Of a stretch of DNA of 64,000 nt, positions 48,276 through 60,759 are shown piece by piece. The stretch is from Azolla caroliniana (Eukaryota > Plantae > Polypodiophyta): the NCBI GenBank assembly GCA_043228905.1, contig JBHGNT010000004.1, positions 17,856,001-17,920,000 of the forward strand, written 5' to 3'. Below the pieces are notes generated by a model that had not been told where the DNA came from, did no database searches, and saw only the letters and a program-made list of their open reading frames with translations. A program made the translations under genes and the position numbers. Each line of letters starts with the position of its first letter. Position 1 is the first letter of the stretch.

Positions 48276-51200
48276 TGTTGAGAGACAAGCTCAACATCAG
48301 CCGGATCGGCTGAAGAAGCCGAGGACCGGATCGGTTGGGACCGATCGGTTAGGCCGAGTACATAAACCGGGAGGTCGTTAGGAAAGATATTCCGTGAGGA
48401 ATATATTTGGGAGTTAGTGTAGGGGCTCTTGATGAGCATTGAAGTATTGTCAGTACTTCGCTCAGTCCTTCTAGGGCTTGTATAAAAGTGTTCACTGAGC
48501 ACGTCTTACATATACACACACACACAGATTGAGTATTGTTGTTGAATATAGTTTTTTGTGTTTCTCTCTCTGTCTCTCCCGCGTATACCGTGTAAGCCTA
48601 AGCTCTCTATTGAACCTGAGTTTCCTTCCTCTGTTCTGTCTTCATACTTGCTTCCGCACGCTACTTTCTACATGGTATCAGAGCGCGAGGGTTGAGAACC
48701 TCTCTGCAGCCGACACAGCTTGACGAAGAAGAACAAGAAGAACGATGGATAGAGGCATGGAGAGCTCGCTTCCAACAGAGAAGCTCGACAAAACCAACTA
48801 CACGTCTTGGTCCTACAAGATGCACCAGTACCTGCTCGGGCACGGCTACTGGGGTTATGTCAAAGGAGCTAATGATGCGGCACCCGAATCGACACATAGA
48901 GACTTCCCGTTGTGGGAGCAATCGGCGAGCAGGTTATTGTACTGCTTCGCGTCGTGTGTGGGCGAACAGCTATTGAGCTATGTTCGGGATGCAAAGACGC
49001 CGATGGGTGCGTGGGAAAATCTGAAGAAGATTTTCGCCGCGAGCACCACAACCAGGAAGCTTCAGCTCCGACAGGAGTTGAGCAACCTATGACAACGCGA
49101 CTTGTCGGTGGCGGACTATACCTCGGAGATCAAGGATATCTGCGACTCCCTCGCCTCCATAGAGGTGAACATCGAGGAGAGCGAGATGGTCCAGATCTGT
49201 CTCGGAGGTCTGGCGTCAAAGTTCGGAGCGTTCCGAACGGCTGTGTGTACCCAGGAGAATACTCCGTCCTTTTTCGACTTACAGTCGATGCTCCTAGTAG
49301 AGGAGAACCACGCGGGTGCGTCTACAAGCACGCACACCGACAGCAGAATGTTGTACACGGAGGGAGATAGGCCCCATGGACGTGGAGGACGAGGCGAGTC
49401 GGCACACAATGGAGGCGGCCGACGAGATCAAGAAAGAAGGCACCGAAGTGATGCCGACAGCAACTCCGGACCCTTCGGAAACAGGGGGAGTCGAAGCGAT
49501 GAGAACCGGCAAGGGAAGTCCATCGCGGAGTGCTGGTACTGTGGCAAGAAAGGCCACAGGGAAAGTGAGTGCTGAAAGAAGTGCGCCGATTCGGAGAGAA
49601 CTGGTTCCGGGAACGGCTCCAGACATACCGACAAGGGAAATCGGCAGCAATCGCACTACGCTGAAGACTCCGGGAGAGCCGGAGAACGGTCTGTCTTCGT
49701 GACGAGACACGAAGCAAACTCAATGAAACAGAGCACCCCAAGATCGGACGAGGTGTGGTACGTAGACTCCGGCGCGTCAAACCACATGACGAGCCATAAG
49801 GAGTGGTTCTCGTACCTTGAAAAACCGATACAACCTGGAGTAGTCGCAACAGGAGACGACACTCCGCATCCGATCGCGAATGTCGGAGAAGTTCCCCTTA
49901 GCCATGTCGGGCAGAAAGGGAAACTCAAAAACGTGTTGCACATTCCGACAATCACGAAGAACTTGGTCTCGGTCGGACAGATCGTCGACCAAGGGATGGA
50001 GGTTCGGTTTACACACCTCGGGTGCTTCATTGAGGAAGAAGGCCATGTGATTGTGCAAGGGCGCAGAGACGGGAGGATGTTCATCCTCGACTCCACTGAC
50101 GGCGGCACCGTAATGTTCGCGAAGGGACAAAAGACCGAGTCGAACATCGACTTGTGGCACAAGCGGATAGGCCACGTCAACCACCAACGGCTTCAAGATC
50201 TGCAATCGAAACAGGTAGTGTTCGGATTGCCCAAATTTAGTGGCCGAAAGGCACAAAGTTGTGAAGCCTGCCAGCTCGGGAAGCAACACCGACTTCCTTT
50301 CCCCAACGAGCAAAACCGGAGCCGGAACAAGCTCGACCTTATACACTCCGATGTGTGGGGGCCGACACAAAACGTTAGTCTTGGCAGGAGCCGATATTTC
50401 GTCTCCTTCATCGGCGACCACACGCGACACACATGGATCTACCTCATTGAGAGGAAGAGCGAAGTCTTCGACTGTTTCCGGGACCTCAAAGGGTTCATGG
50501 AAGCCGAAACGGGACGAAAGATCAAGTGTCTGCGGTCGGATGGCGGGAAAGAGTACTTTTCCGGTCAATTCAACGGTTACCTACAACAAATGGTAATTCG
50601 CCGCGAATTCAGTTGTAGATACACGCCGGAGCAGAACGGCGTGGTCGAGAGAAAGAATCGGTCGATTGTGGAAGCGGCACGGGCAATGCTGGAGGAGAAG
50701 AGCTTGCCCAAGTTCTACTGGGCCGAGGCGGTAAGGACCGCGGTATACATCCAGAACCGGATCGGAGACTAAGTGTCGGCGCACGAGCTATATTTCGGAA
50801 CGAAGCCGAACTTGTGACACTTGAGGGTGTTCGGTAGCATTGCGTATGTGCATGTACCGAAGGAGAAAAGGAGGAAGCTGGACACAAAGGCCGAGAAATG
50901 CATCTTGGTCGGTTACTCGGACGAGCAGAAGGATTATAAGTGCTATAACCCTCGCACCAAACAAGCGCGTGTCAGCCGCGACGTTGTGTTTGACAAGTCC
51001 GCGTCCTGGTACCTGCACCCGACTACGAACCTCAACTCCGACGATGCGGTCAGCGAGGCTGAGATGCCTCCGGATGAGCCCGAAATCGAGACCCGCGAAG
51101 AGAATCCGATTTCACTCCGGTTAAGTGGACCGATTGGACGATTGAGTCGGTACGACCAGTCCGATGAAGAGTCGGCGAGTAGTGGAGACTTGGTCGTGCA

Positions 51201-53943
51201 TTCCCCGCGCAGGAAGCCGAGGAGACGGCTTACACACAAAGAGAAAGGGAAGAAGAAAGTGTCGGATTCCGGCACGGATAGGAACGAGTCAGACCGAAGT
51301 GAGTCCGACTCCGAGGGAACCGGTGACGGGTCTTTAAAGGTGAAGACCGCGTCGACCGAGAAGGCCTCAACATCGGCTAATGTGAGATTACGCTGATCTA
51401 CCCACCAGAAGAACCCAGTCGTGCGGTTCGGATACAACGAGTACATGGCGTATCATTATGCGTACATGACCCATGTAGCGGAAGTGCGTGAGCCAGAGAG
51501 CTACGCAGAAGCGGCGAAGGACGCGAATTGGCGTGCCGCGATGGAGGAAGAGATGCACGCTTTGGCGGAGAACGAGACCTGGGACCTGGTTGACGCATCG
51601 AAGGGTGTGAAGCCGATCGGGTGTAGATGGGTGTACAAAGTCAAGTACAACACCGATGGCTCGGTCAACCGGTACAAGGCTCGGCTAGTGGCAAAGGGCT
51701 ACGCGCAGAAACACGGCATCGACTACGATGAGATATTTGCACCGGTCGCGAAAATGACGACCGTTCGTGTTTTGCTTGCAGTAGCCGTGGCCAAGGGGTG
51801 GCACCTACATCAGATGGATGTAAAGAATGCGTTCCTGCAAGGTGACCTTGAGGAACAGGTGTACATGGTACAACCCCCCGGATTTCACTCTGGAACGAAC
51901 TCCTCGGCAATATGCCAACTGAAGAAGTCCGTTTACGGACTGAAGCAAGCCCCGCGTGCCTGGAACGCGAAGATCACACAACAACTGCGTCGGATGGGCT
52001 TTGTCACAACAAAATAGGACTCTTCCCTGTTCATCCGGAAAGGTCGACTCGGACCGGTTAGTATTTTATTGTATGTTGATGACTTGGTCATCACCGGCGC
52101 CGACCTCGGTGAAATCGACCGCGTGAAGCTCCAGCTTGCGGCATCGTTCGACATGAAGGATCTGGGAGACCTTCATTACTTCCTCGGGATCGAAGTGATC
52201 CGTACCCCCGAAGGCATATTGATCAGCCAACATCATTACATGCTGAGTATGCTCTTCAAATTCAGGATGGCCGACTGTAAGTCCGTCTCGACTCCTCTGG
52301 ACAGAACCGTCAAGCTTCGTCCCGATACGGGAAAGGTATGCGACCCGACGAGGTTCCGACAAATTGTCGGAAGCCTCATATACTTGACCATCACCCGACC
52401 CGACCTCAGCTATCCAGTTGGGGTGATCAGTCAGTTCATGGCGCGACCTACCGAGGAGCACCTTCAGTGTGCGCAACGCATACTGCGATACGTAAGTGGC
52501 ACTAAGGACCGAGGACTGCTTTATCGGACCAGTGCAGCCGTGCAGTTAGTCGGCTACACCGATGCTGATTGGGCTGGCAACGCCGCCGATCGCCGATCCA
52601 CGTCTGGATACGTGTTCTCCCTCGGGAGTGCCGCGATAGCGTGGAGCAATAAGAAGCAGCCGACAGTTGCATTGTCGAGCACCGAAGCTGAGTACCGAGG
52701 AGCGGCTATCGCGACATGCGAAGCCATATGGTTGAAGCGGCTACTTAAGGACCTGCAAGAGGAGGTGTCAGATCCGACGACGATCTACTGCGACAACCTC
52801 AACAACATCCAGCTCACGAAGAACCCTGTTTTCCACGCACGGACCAAGCACATTGAGGTGCACTACCATTTCGTCCGTGAGTGTGTCCTTTCCGGTGAAG
52901 TCGCACTTCAGTATGTGCCGACGGATCTGCAGACTGCCGACATCTTCACAAAGCCTCTTGGTCTGGACAAGTTGCGGCAATTCTCAGGTGCACTCGGGTT
53001 GCGTCACCTCGATGTGCCGAGCTTGAGGGGGAGAACAGTCCCGAACGACCAAGCAAGGCAGCAGGAAAGGAGCGGACACCGCGACACCGAGTCGGTTGAC
53101 AAATTCGACTTCGGATCGGCTAAAGAAGCCGAGGACGGACCCGCGGAGAAGTTCGGAAGCGGACAAAAGTGGAGCAGCCGAAGGAGAGAGCCGAATCCAA
53201 CCACGCACGGGGAAGATGACGCCATCGAGGGCAAGAAGACCGAAGACGAGTTGGAGATAGCCAACTCGGACGAGAGCGAAAACCGATCAGAGGTAGCCCA
53301 GTCGGTTCGGATGTTTGATTCAGACACGCTGAATCAACCGAGGCCCAAGCGGAAGAAATGGCAGCAGAAGAAGCGTCAACACCGCAACAACAGAAGAGCT
53401 GATGAGGGCCACATGAGTAGACAAGCCGACCGGAAGGGTCGAAGCGCGCGGAGTCGAACAGGTCGAGGAGCGCGAGCAAGGCGAGAAGCCAGGAGGAACC
53501 GGTGCTATGAAGATCCCGAAGAGCCTCAAGTTGAGCTTGAGGGGAGTGTTGAGAGACAAGCTCAACATCGGCCGGATCGGCTGAAGAAGCCGAGGACCGG
53601 ATCGGTTGGGACCGATCGGTTAGGCCGAGTACATAAACCGGGAGGTCGTTAGGAAAGATATTCCGTGAGGAATATATTTGGGAGTTAGTGTAGGGGCTCT
53701 TGATGAGCATTGAAGTACTGTCAGTACTTCGGTCAGTCCTTCTAGGGCTTGTATAAAAGTGTTCACTGAGCACGTCTTACATATACACACACACACAGAT
53801 TGAGTATTGTTGTTGAATATAGTTTTTTGTGTTTCTCTCTCTGTCTCTCCCGCGTATACCGTGTAAGCCTAAGCTCTCTATTGAACCTGAGTTTCCTTCC
53901 TCTGTTCTGTCTTCATACTTGCTTCCGCATGCTACTTTCTACA
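48276..53943 (+). mobile_element. Full-length Ty1/copia element J (5668 bp)
   Basis: 397-bp LTRs 48276-48672 and 53547-53943 with about 4 differences; TSD AGGTG; PBS TGGTATCAGAGC at 48673-48684; PPT TTGAGGGGAG before 53547. Confidence 0.97.
48745..53652 (+). pseudogene. gag-pol: Copia J gag-pol polyprotein (single frame with several premature stops)
   Basis: [53 protein letters not shown] and YTDADWAG motifs. Stops near 49090, 49573, 50770, 50816, 51394 and 52015, several of them CGA>TGA type. Confidence 0.95.
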
Positions 53944-56077
53944 AGGTGCTATCCGTCTTCAAAGAGCTCCACGCGAGAGTGGAAAGAGAAACCGGCCAGA
54001 AGCTGAAGGCGGTTCGAGCGGATAACGGAGGAGAATACCAGGGGCAATTCGAGGAGTACTGCCGCTCGAAGGGAATCCGGCTCGAATTTACCGTGCCGAA
54101 GATGCCGGAACTAAACGGGTTGGCCGAGAGGATGAACCGGACCATAATGGAGAGGGTCCGGAGTATGCTGGCGCATGCAAAACTACCCAAGAAGTTTTGG
54201 GCTGAGGCACTGTCGAGACGACATACGTGATAAACAAATCACCCTCAGTACCCTTGGACGGAGACACGCCACAGAGAGTATGGACCAGTAAGGAAGTGTC
54301 CTACCGGCATCTGAAGGTATTCGGGTGTCTTGCGTATGTGCATGTAGCTAAGGACCGGAGAGGAAAATTAGATCCGAAGACTCGGCCATGCATATTCCTC
54401 GGTTACGGCGACGATGTGTTCGGCTACCGAGTGTGGGACCTGGTCGACCAGAAAGTATTCCGGAGTCGAGATATTATCTTCATGGAGTACAAGACGCTCA
54501 CCGACTGGGAGTCGGAGAAGAAGATAATGAACTCCGAGTCGACTGGGAGTCGGAGAAGAAGATAATGGATCGATTTTACGATGAGCAGACGCAACCGGCA
54601 AGAGACCGGTTAGCACTCCATGAACCGGCCGGTGACGGTAAGGAGACAAGACAGGCCGAAGAAGAAGGAATAGGTGAAACCGGAACTGGCCAAGACCCCG
54701 AATCGGATTCGGATGAAGAACAAATGGAGGAGCCGGTTACCGAAGCCCAAGGACACAGATATCCTCTCAGAGAGAGAAGGGCCCCCCAGAGATTTCCGAA
54801 TCTAGAGCATGTGTTGCTAACCAATGAGGGGGAGCCAGAAAGCTTTGAGGAAGCTAAAAGTGACACCCATAGTCGCAAATGGTTAAGTGCCATGCAGGAT
54901 GAGATGGATTCCCTGCATGAGAACCATACGTACAAATTGATGGAGTTGCCGAAAGGAAAGCGGGCACTCCGAAACAAGTGGGTGTACAAGTTGAAACCGG
55001 GAGATGCCGGCAACCCCCCGAGATACAAAGCCAGGATCGTGGTGAAGGGGTTCTAGCAGAAGAAGGACGTGGACTTCGACGAGATATTTGCCCCAGTAGT
55101 AAAGATGACTTCCATCCGGACGGTGTTGAGTATAGCGCCAAGCATGGACCTCGAGGTAGAGCAGTTGGACGTGAAGACGGCATTCCTTCACGGTGACCTC
55201 GAAGAGGAGATCTACATGCAGCAACCGGAAGGATTCGTGGAGAAAGGGAAGGAGCACCTGGTTTGCCGGTTGAAGAAGAGCCTGTACGGACTGAAGCAGG
55301 CTCCCCGACAATGGTACCGGAAGTTCGACTCCTTCATGACCGATCAAGGGTACCACAAGACGCAGGCCGATCACTGCGTGTTTGTGAAGAAGTTCGAAGG
55401 AGGCGACTTCCTGATACTCCTTTTGTACGTGGACGACATGTTGATCGTTGGATGGGACCAAGCCAAAATACGAATGTTGAAGAAGGCTCTCAACCGAACT
55501 TTCGCAATGAAAGACTTGGGTCTAGCAAGATAGATGCTGGGGATGTATATCATCCGGGACCGGCCAAAGAAGCAATTGTGATTATCACAGGAGAAGTACG
55601 TGACAAAGGTGCTTCAGTAGTTCAACATTGTTAATCCTTAGGGCCGGACAATGGCCTAACACAAGGTGTCTCCGGAAGACACTTCAGCAAAGGGTGTTAC
55701 GGAGAGATAACTTAAGACACAATGATTACTTCGACTTAATTAGCTACTTAGCGATAAGGCATACACTTAATACACGCGTAAGATATAACAATTAATTCAA
55801 AACGGTAATCAATACGTGAAGATAAAACAAGAAGCTTATATTAATTCTCCGTTAAAGTTATACATTGTAACCGAGCCTTTATATAGGTCATCGGTGCTGC
55901 GTACAAAATGGTGCCAACCGGCACCTGTTCGGAATCGGCCCGGATCCGGATCGGCATATCGATTCCAGTCTGTTCGTTCACTACATAATTATAATCAAAT
56001 CTACTTAATTAAATATATTCCGAATAACCATACCTTTCACATTCTGGTCTCTGCTCCTTTGCCGGCCGAGTAACACA

Positions 56078-56118
56078 TGGCACGCCCGTGGGACAATACC
56101 TTGTACGTCGAATCCCAC
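56078..56118 (-). promoter_or_regulatory. tRNA-3'-end-like hairpin motif at the PPT position of K
   Basis: Minus strand GTGGGATTCGACGTACAAGGTATTGTCCCACGGGCGTGCCA-TG-TGTTAC (LTR start). Confidence 0.75.
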
Positions 56119-56399
56119 TATCCGGCCCTTAGCCTTCGTCCAAGATGTCCAGAATACTCTACTCCAGGGTATCCAATGGTTGTTCGGAATTCGTTTGTTG
56201 TTGTTGTTGTTGTTGTTGCGGCTACTGTTGCTCCTAAGTGGGCATCTGTTCGGCTCCCGGTACCGGCGGTTGTGGCGGTGATTCCTCCGTTAGCTGCTCC
56301 GCCGGATTTGACTCCGATTGACTCGTCCCGGCCTTGTCTCCGTCCGGTCTTTGCTCCGGTGATGGCTCCTCATCACTGAGGTTGACGGTCGCCGCCTGC

Positions 56400-57935
56400 T
56401 TTGCTTCTTCTCTCCGTAGCCTGGTCCGCTCATAGCTCTCAAACTGGATTTGAGCATCCAGTTGATCATCATCTAGCTAGGCTACAAGTTGCCGGACCAC
56501 TGTTGCCTGCTCCTCTGCCAGAGTTACAAAATCTTCGGCTAACTCCTCTCTGACGGCGGTGAAGTCCTCCTTCGTTAGCATGTAACAGTCGTCGCCATCC
56601 TTCTGCCAGTTTTCCGCGTATGCCCGTAGCAACTGGAGCTCGGCTGTGTGCTTGGCCCATTTGTCCCACCATTGCGCAGAGCTTTCGTCAATCAAGCGTT
56701 TGGTCTTGTTCCTCCATGCCTAGACAATGAACTGCATCCGCTCCAATTCCATCTTTGATTTGTCCTCCGCAGCTTGCCGTTCGTCCTTCAACTGCTTGAT
56801 GAGTGCCACCGTATCCACCTCCTGCTCCCGGTAATGTGACAGTTGGGTTTGATAAGTGTTCTGCAGCCTGTGCAAGATCATCGTCGCTCTTTCCTTCTCT
56901 TCATAATGTTTCTTATGCAGCTCCATCCGTTCTTGCGCAGCTTCCTCTAGTAGCGTGGTTCTTTCAGCTCGTTCCTTCGCCAGCGCCGTCTCAACTGGAT
57001 GTACCTCCTGCCGGAGCTCTGCCATCTTCTCCTGCTATTTCTTATGCTCCATATCCAGGTGCTTGTAGTCCCAGTGCAGGTGCTCAAAATCATCGGTTTT
57101 CTGCTTCAGCTTTTGGTTGAGTTGCCGGTGAGCGCGGTCTTCCCGATCCTTTTGCTGACGGAGTTCTTCTTTCAGCCTTTCGATCTCTGTTTCTGCCATC
57201 CGTCACAGTTTCTCCTTTTCTTAAAGCGCCTTCTCTTTCTCCTCCCTCAGCCGGTCGTAGGCCTGATGTCCTTTCCACAGATTCTCTTCTGCCCGACGGA
57301 GGTTCTCAACAGTCTTTCGTTGCTCTTCTTCTGCCGCTTTCTTCAAGTCCCGCTCTCGGGTTCATAATGCTTCCTGTGTGGCCAATTCATCTCTTAATTC
57401 AGCAAGCTCTTTTGCTTGCGCCGCCACTATCTCTAGGACTGGTTCCCTCTCCAGGGTCTTATTGCTATGTACAGGTGCTGGTGTTGGTGTTGGTGCTTCT
57501 TTATTTTGTACATCGACCGGGGTCACCAGTGCTTGGAGCTGTGGTCCGGTTAAGGCCATTTTGGCCAATTCTTCTGTGGTTAGGTCCAAGTCTTGTTCTA
57601 GGCTCTGGATCCTTGACCGGGCCGTCTCTAGTTCTCCGGTTGTGACGAGCAACCGGTCCATCTGCGCTTTCTCTTCCGCCTCTATTCACTCCGGCAATCT
57701 GTTCTCCAATCCACCAGAGCCATTGGTTGTCGGTACCCTGTTGTTGCGTCTACCCAGAAGGTTGGTTGTTGGTGTCGTTGGCCAGTGGTCGGTTTTGTCC
57801 AGTTCCGTCGAGCTGCAACTCTGGCTCTTGTTGGTGACCACTTTGCCGTTCTGGTTGTAGCTCCGTTGGCCGCTCCGCCTCTGAATGCTCTTGGCCTGCC
57901 GGTGGGGTCGGCAACTGTACTTTCGGCGCTTGCAT
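56400..57935 (-). pseudogene. Coiled-coil ORF of K (fragmented)
   Basis: ORFs 57750-57935, 57362-57661, 56720-57025 and 56477-56695; WWDKWAKHTAELQLLRAYAENWQKDG...AVREELAEDF. Confidence 0.8.
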
Positions 57936-57987
57936 ATCGGTTCTTGCCGTATCCTAACCCGCCGGTAGAGGTTGTTGTGCAGGAATC

Positions 57988-57997
57988 GTGGTCGCCA
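57988..57997 (-). promoter_or_regulatory. Probable PBS of K (a second tRNA-Arg-like isoacceptor)
   Basis: Minus strand ...TAACA-CAGTTTT-TGGCGACCAC; only a 10-nt match to a recalled tRNA-Arg(UCG) 3' end. Confidence 0.55.
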
Positions 57998-59279
57998 AAA
58001 ACTGTGTTAATCCTTAGGGCCGGACAATGGCCTAACATAAGGTGTCTCCGGAAGACACTTCACCAAAGGGTGTTATGGTGAGATAACTTAAGACACAACG
58101 ATTACTTCGACTTAATTAGCTACTTAGCAATAAGGCATACACTTAATACACGCATAAGATATAACAATTAATTCAGAACGGTAATCAATACGTGAAGATA
58201 AAACAAGAAGCTTATATTAATTCTCTGTTAAAGTTATACATTGTAACCGGGCCTTTATATAGGTCACCGGTATTGGCCCGGATCCGGATTGGCATAACGA
58301 TTCCGGTCCATCCGTTCACTACATAATTATAATCTAATCTACTTACTTAACTATATTCCGAATAACCATCCCTTTCACATTCTGGTCTCTGCTCCTTTGC
58401 TGGCCGGGTAACAAACATGTCAGACGCGAAACCGGTCGGATCAACACTTCCGGCAAACTGCAGATTATCCGGTAAGCAAAGTCCGAAGAAGAAAGCAGAG
58501 AAGGCGGATATGATGAAGGCGCCATATGCCTCTACCGTTGGGAGCTTAATGTACGCAATGGTGTGTACTCAACCGGATATTGGATACGCAGTCGGAGTAG
58601 TGAGCCGTTTTATGAGCAATCCCGGCAAGGAGTTGTGGAACGCGGTCAAATGGAGACTCCGGTACTTGAAGGGCACTTCGAATATGTGTCTCCGATTTGG
58701 CTCCGGTAAACCTCAACTTGACGGTTTTACCGATTCGGACATGTCGGCTGATGTGGATACCAGCCGGTCTACATCCGGGTATGTAATGCCATATGCAGGG
58801 GGAGTTGTTTTGTGGCAGTCGAGGCTGCAGTAGATGGTTGAGTTGTCAACCACGGAGGCGGAGTACATGGCGGCTATGGAAGCCGGCAAGGAAATATTAT
58901 GGATGAAGAACTTCATCAGTGAGCTCGGTATCCGGTAGGATGAATACCAGCTCTATTGCAATAGTCAAAGTGTCATCCACCTTGCTAAGAACGCAGCGTA
59001 CCATTCCAGGACGAAGCACATCCAGCGTAGGTATCACTGGATCTGGGAGCGAGTAGAAGATTGAGAGTTCGCGCTGACGAAGATCCACACGGTTGAGAAT
59101 GGGTCAGATTTGCTGACCAAAGTACTGATACCCGACAAGCTGGATGCATGTCGGAAGCAGATCGGACTAGTAAGACATCCCCTGTCGGAGTGAAGGGGGA
59201 GTTTGTTAGCAAACAGGTCCCTCCGGATGGGAGCTGAGAAGAACAGTGTTGATGAGCAACTCAGCCGAGGCCGAGGCCG

Positions 59280-59519
59280 AATGTGGAGTACCCGGCAACG
59301 GAAGACCCGGTAAGAACCGGATGTGGAGTACCCGTCAACGGAAGACCTGGTGAGAACCGGATGTGGCGTACCCGGCAACAGAAGACCCAGTGATAACCGG
59401 ATGTGGCGTACCCGGCAACGGAAGACCCAGTGAGAACTGGATGTGGCGTACCCGGCAACGGAAGACCTGGTGAGAACCGGATGTGGCGTACCTGACAACG
59501 GAAGACCTGGTGAGAACCG
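59280..59519 (+). repeat. 40-bp tandem repeat, 6 copies, in the 3' LTR of I
   Basis: Same unit as 45551-46150. Confidence 0.95.
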
Positions 59520-60211
59520 GATGTTGCAGGCCCGGTGAGAACCTCTCCTCGGATGGAAGGGACATATATGTAAATATGTTCCAGAGAGCCCATTGGGGCT
59601 ATATTTGTAAATAGCCCGAAAGTCATATTAGTATAAATATGACCTAGGGCAAACTGATGATGATGATGATAGAGTTATTGGGGTAACCTCTGTACAATGC
59701 GTAAGTAAGAGAGGTAGCGAGAGCGATATACAGAGGTTGTTGCCTCTGTTGTAACCGCCTGGTGGCGAAGCGAGGGAGGAAGAGGTCATTGCCTCTGTGC
59801 CCATTGTTGTATTACTTTACATAGTGATATTTTGCAATCTGAGGGCTGCCGTGGTTTTTCCCATATTTGGGTTTTCCACGTTAACATCCTATGCACTCTC
59901 TTCTTTACTGTTTTCATGCGTAGATACATCTCTCCACATCCCTGTTGTCTGTGATTGATCCGATGTCTCGGTTGTGGCCGAGCATAGCTTAGGGAACTGT
60001 ATTCCTATCAGAGCCCTACTCGGCAACATATTGATTATGTGTACTACCATTCGATAGTCCGACGTGTTGCATCATGGAGAAAATTTGTTCCTAAATTGTC
60101 CGATTCATTCTTTCAACAACGTCCTTCAATTCCACACTATATGGGGTCGTAAGTTCTCATTTGATGCCACATTGTCAGCAAAATTTGACAAATTCATCCG
60201 ATGGGGATTCT

Positions 60212-60759
60212 TCTTGGGAATTCGGTCCCTCCGGATGGGATTCTGATGAGAACCGGATGAGTCAGGTGAAGGAATCGGATCAGGACGGGTTCCGGATGAG
60301 ACCCGGAAACCGGATCGAGTAAATCAGGATGGATCTAGTGCAAACCATATCCAAGAACATATGTGTAAATATGTTTCATGGTGAGCACATCGAGGCTATA
60401 TTTGTAAATAGCCCAAAATTCATATAAGTATAAATATGACTTAGGGCAATCACTTTTTGGAGTGAAGTGAGTGCAATTATATGGTGTTGTTGTATATTTT
60501 GTTACACACACATACAGAGAGAAACAAAACTAATTTTCTGTTGTAACCGCCGGTTTGGCAAAGACATAGAGCTCGAGGTCATTGCCTTTGAGTCTCACAT
60601 TGTATTCCTCCTCTCATAGTGATAGTTGGATTCTGTGGGATCCCGTGGTTTTCCCATTTAGGGTTTTCCACGTAAACATCCTGTGTCATCTCGGTTTTAG
60701 TTTGTTCTCTTCTATTCCTTGTTGAAGACTCGGTTGTGGCCGAGTGTTATTTCGGCACA
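60212..60759 (+). mobile_element. Solo LTR of the G/I copia group inserted in copia E integrase
   Basis: TSD ATTCT (60207-60211, 60760-60764); removal restores LRSDNGGESPSDEFVKF; shares GGTCCCTCCGGATGGGA, TATTTGTAAATAGCCC and GGGTTTTCCACGT blocks with the I LTR. Confidence 0.88.

Larger units (their letters stand above)
55629..58413 (-). mobile_element. Non-autonomous 2785-bp LTR element K carrying only a coiled-coil ORF
   Basis: LTRs 55629-56075 and 58005-58413 (TGTTA...TAACA); TSD AACAT, whose removal restores host FNMSDAKPV; minus-strand TATA in the LTRs; no gag or pol motifs. Confidence 0.93.
45491..60010 (+). mobile_element. Ty1/copia element I (related to G), degenerate; host of J and K
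   Basis: LTRs 45491-46641 and 59204-60010; TSD GAGCC; PBS TGGTATCAAAGC from 46644; PPT TGAAGGGGGAG at 59191-59201; coding pieces 46672-48275, 53949-55628 and 58414-59190. Confidence 0.95.

Noticed and set aside
56078-56118. Genuine tRNA gene or SINE
   Set aside because: No D-arm, anticodon arm or A-box is visible; only T-arm-like and acceptor-like 3' sequence is present.
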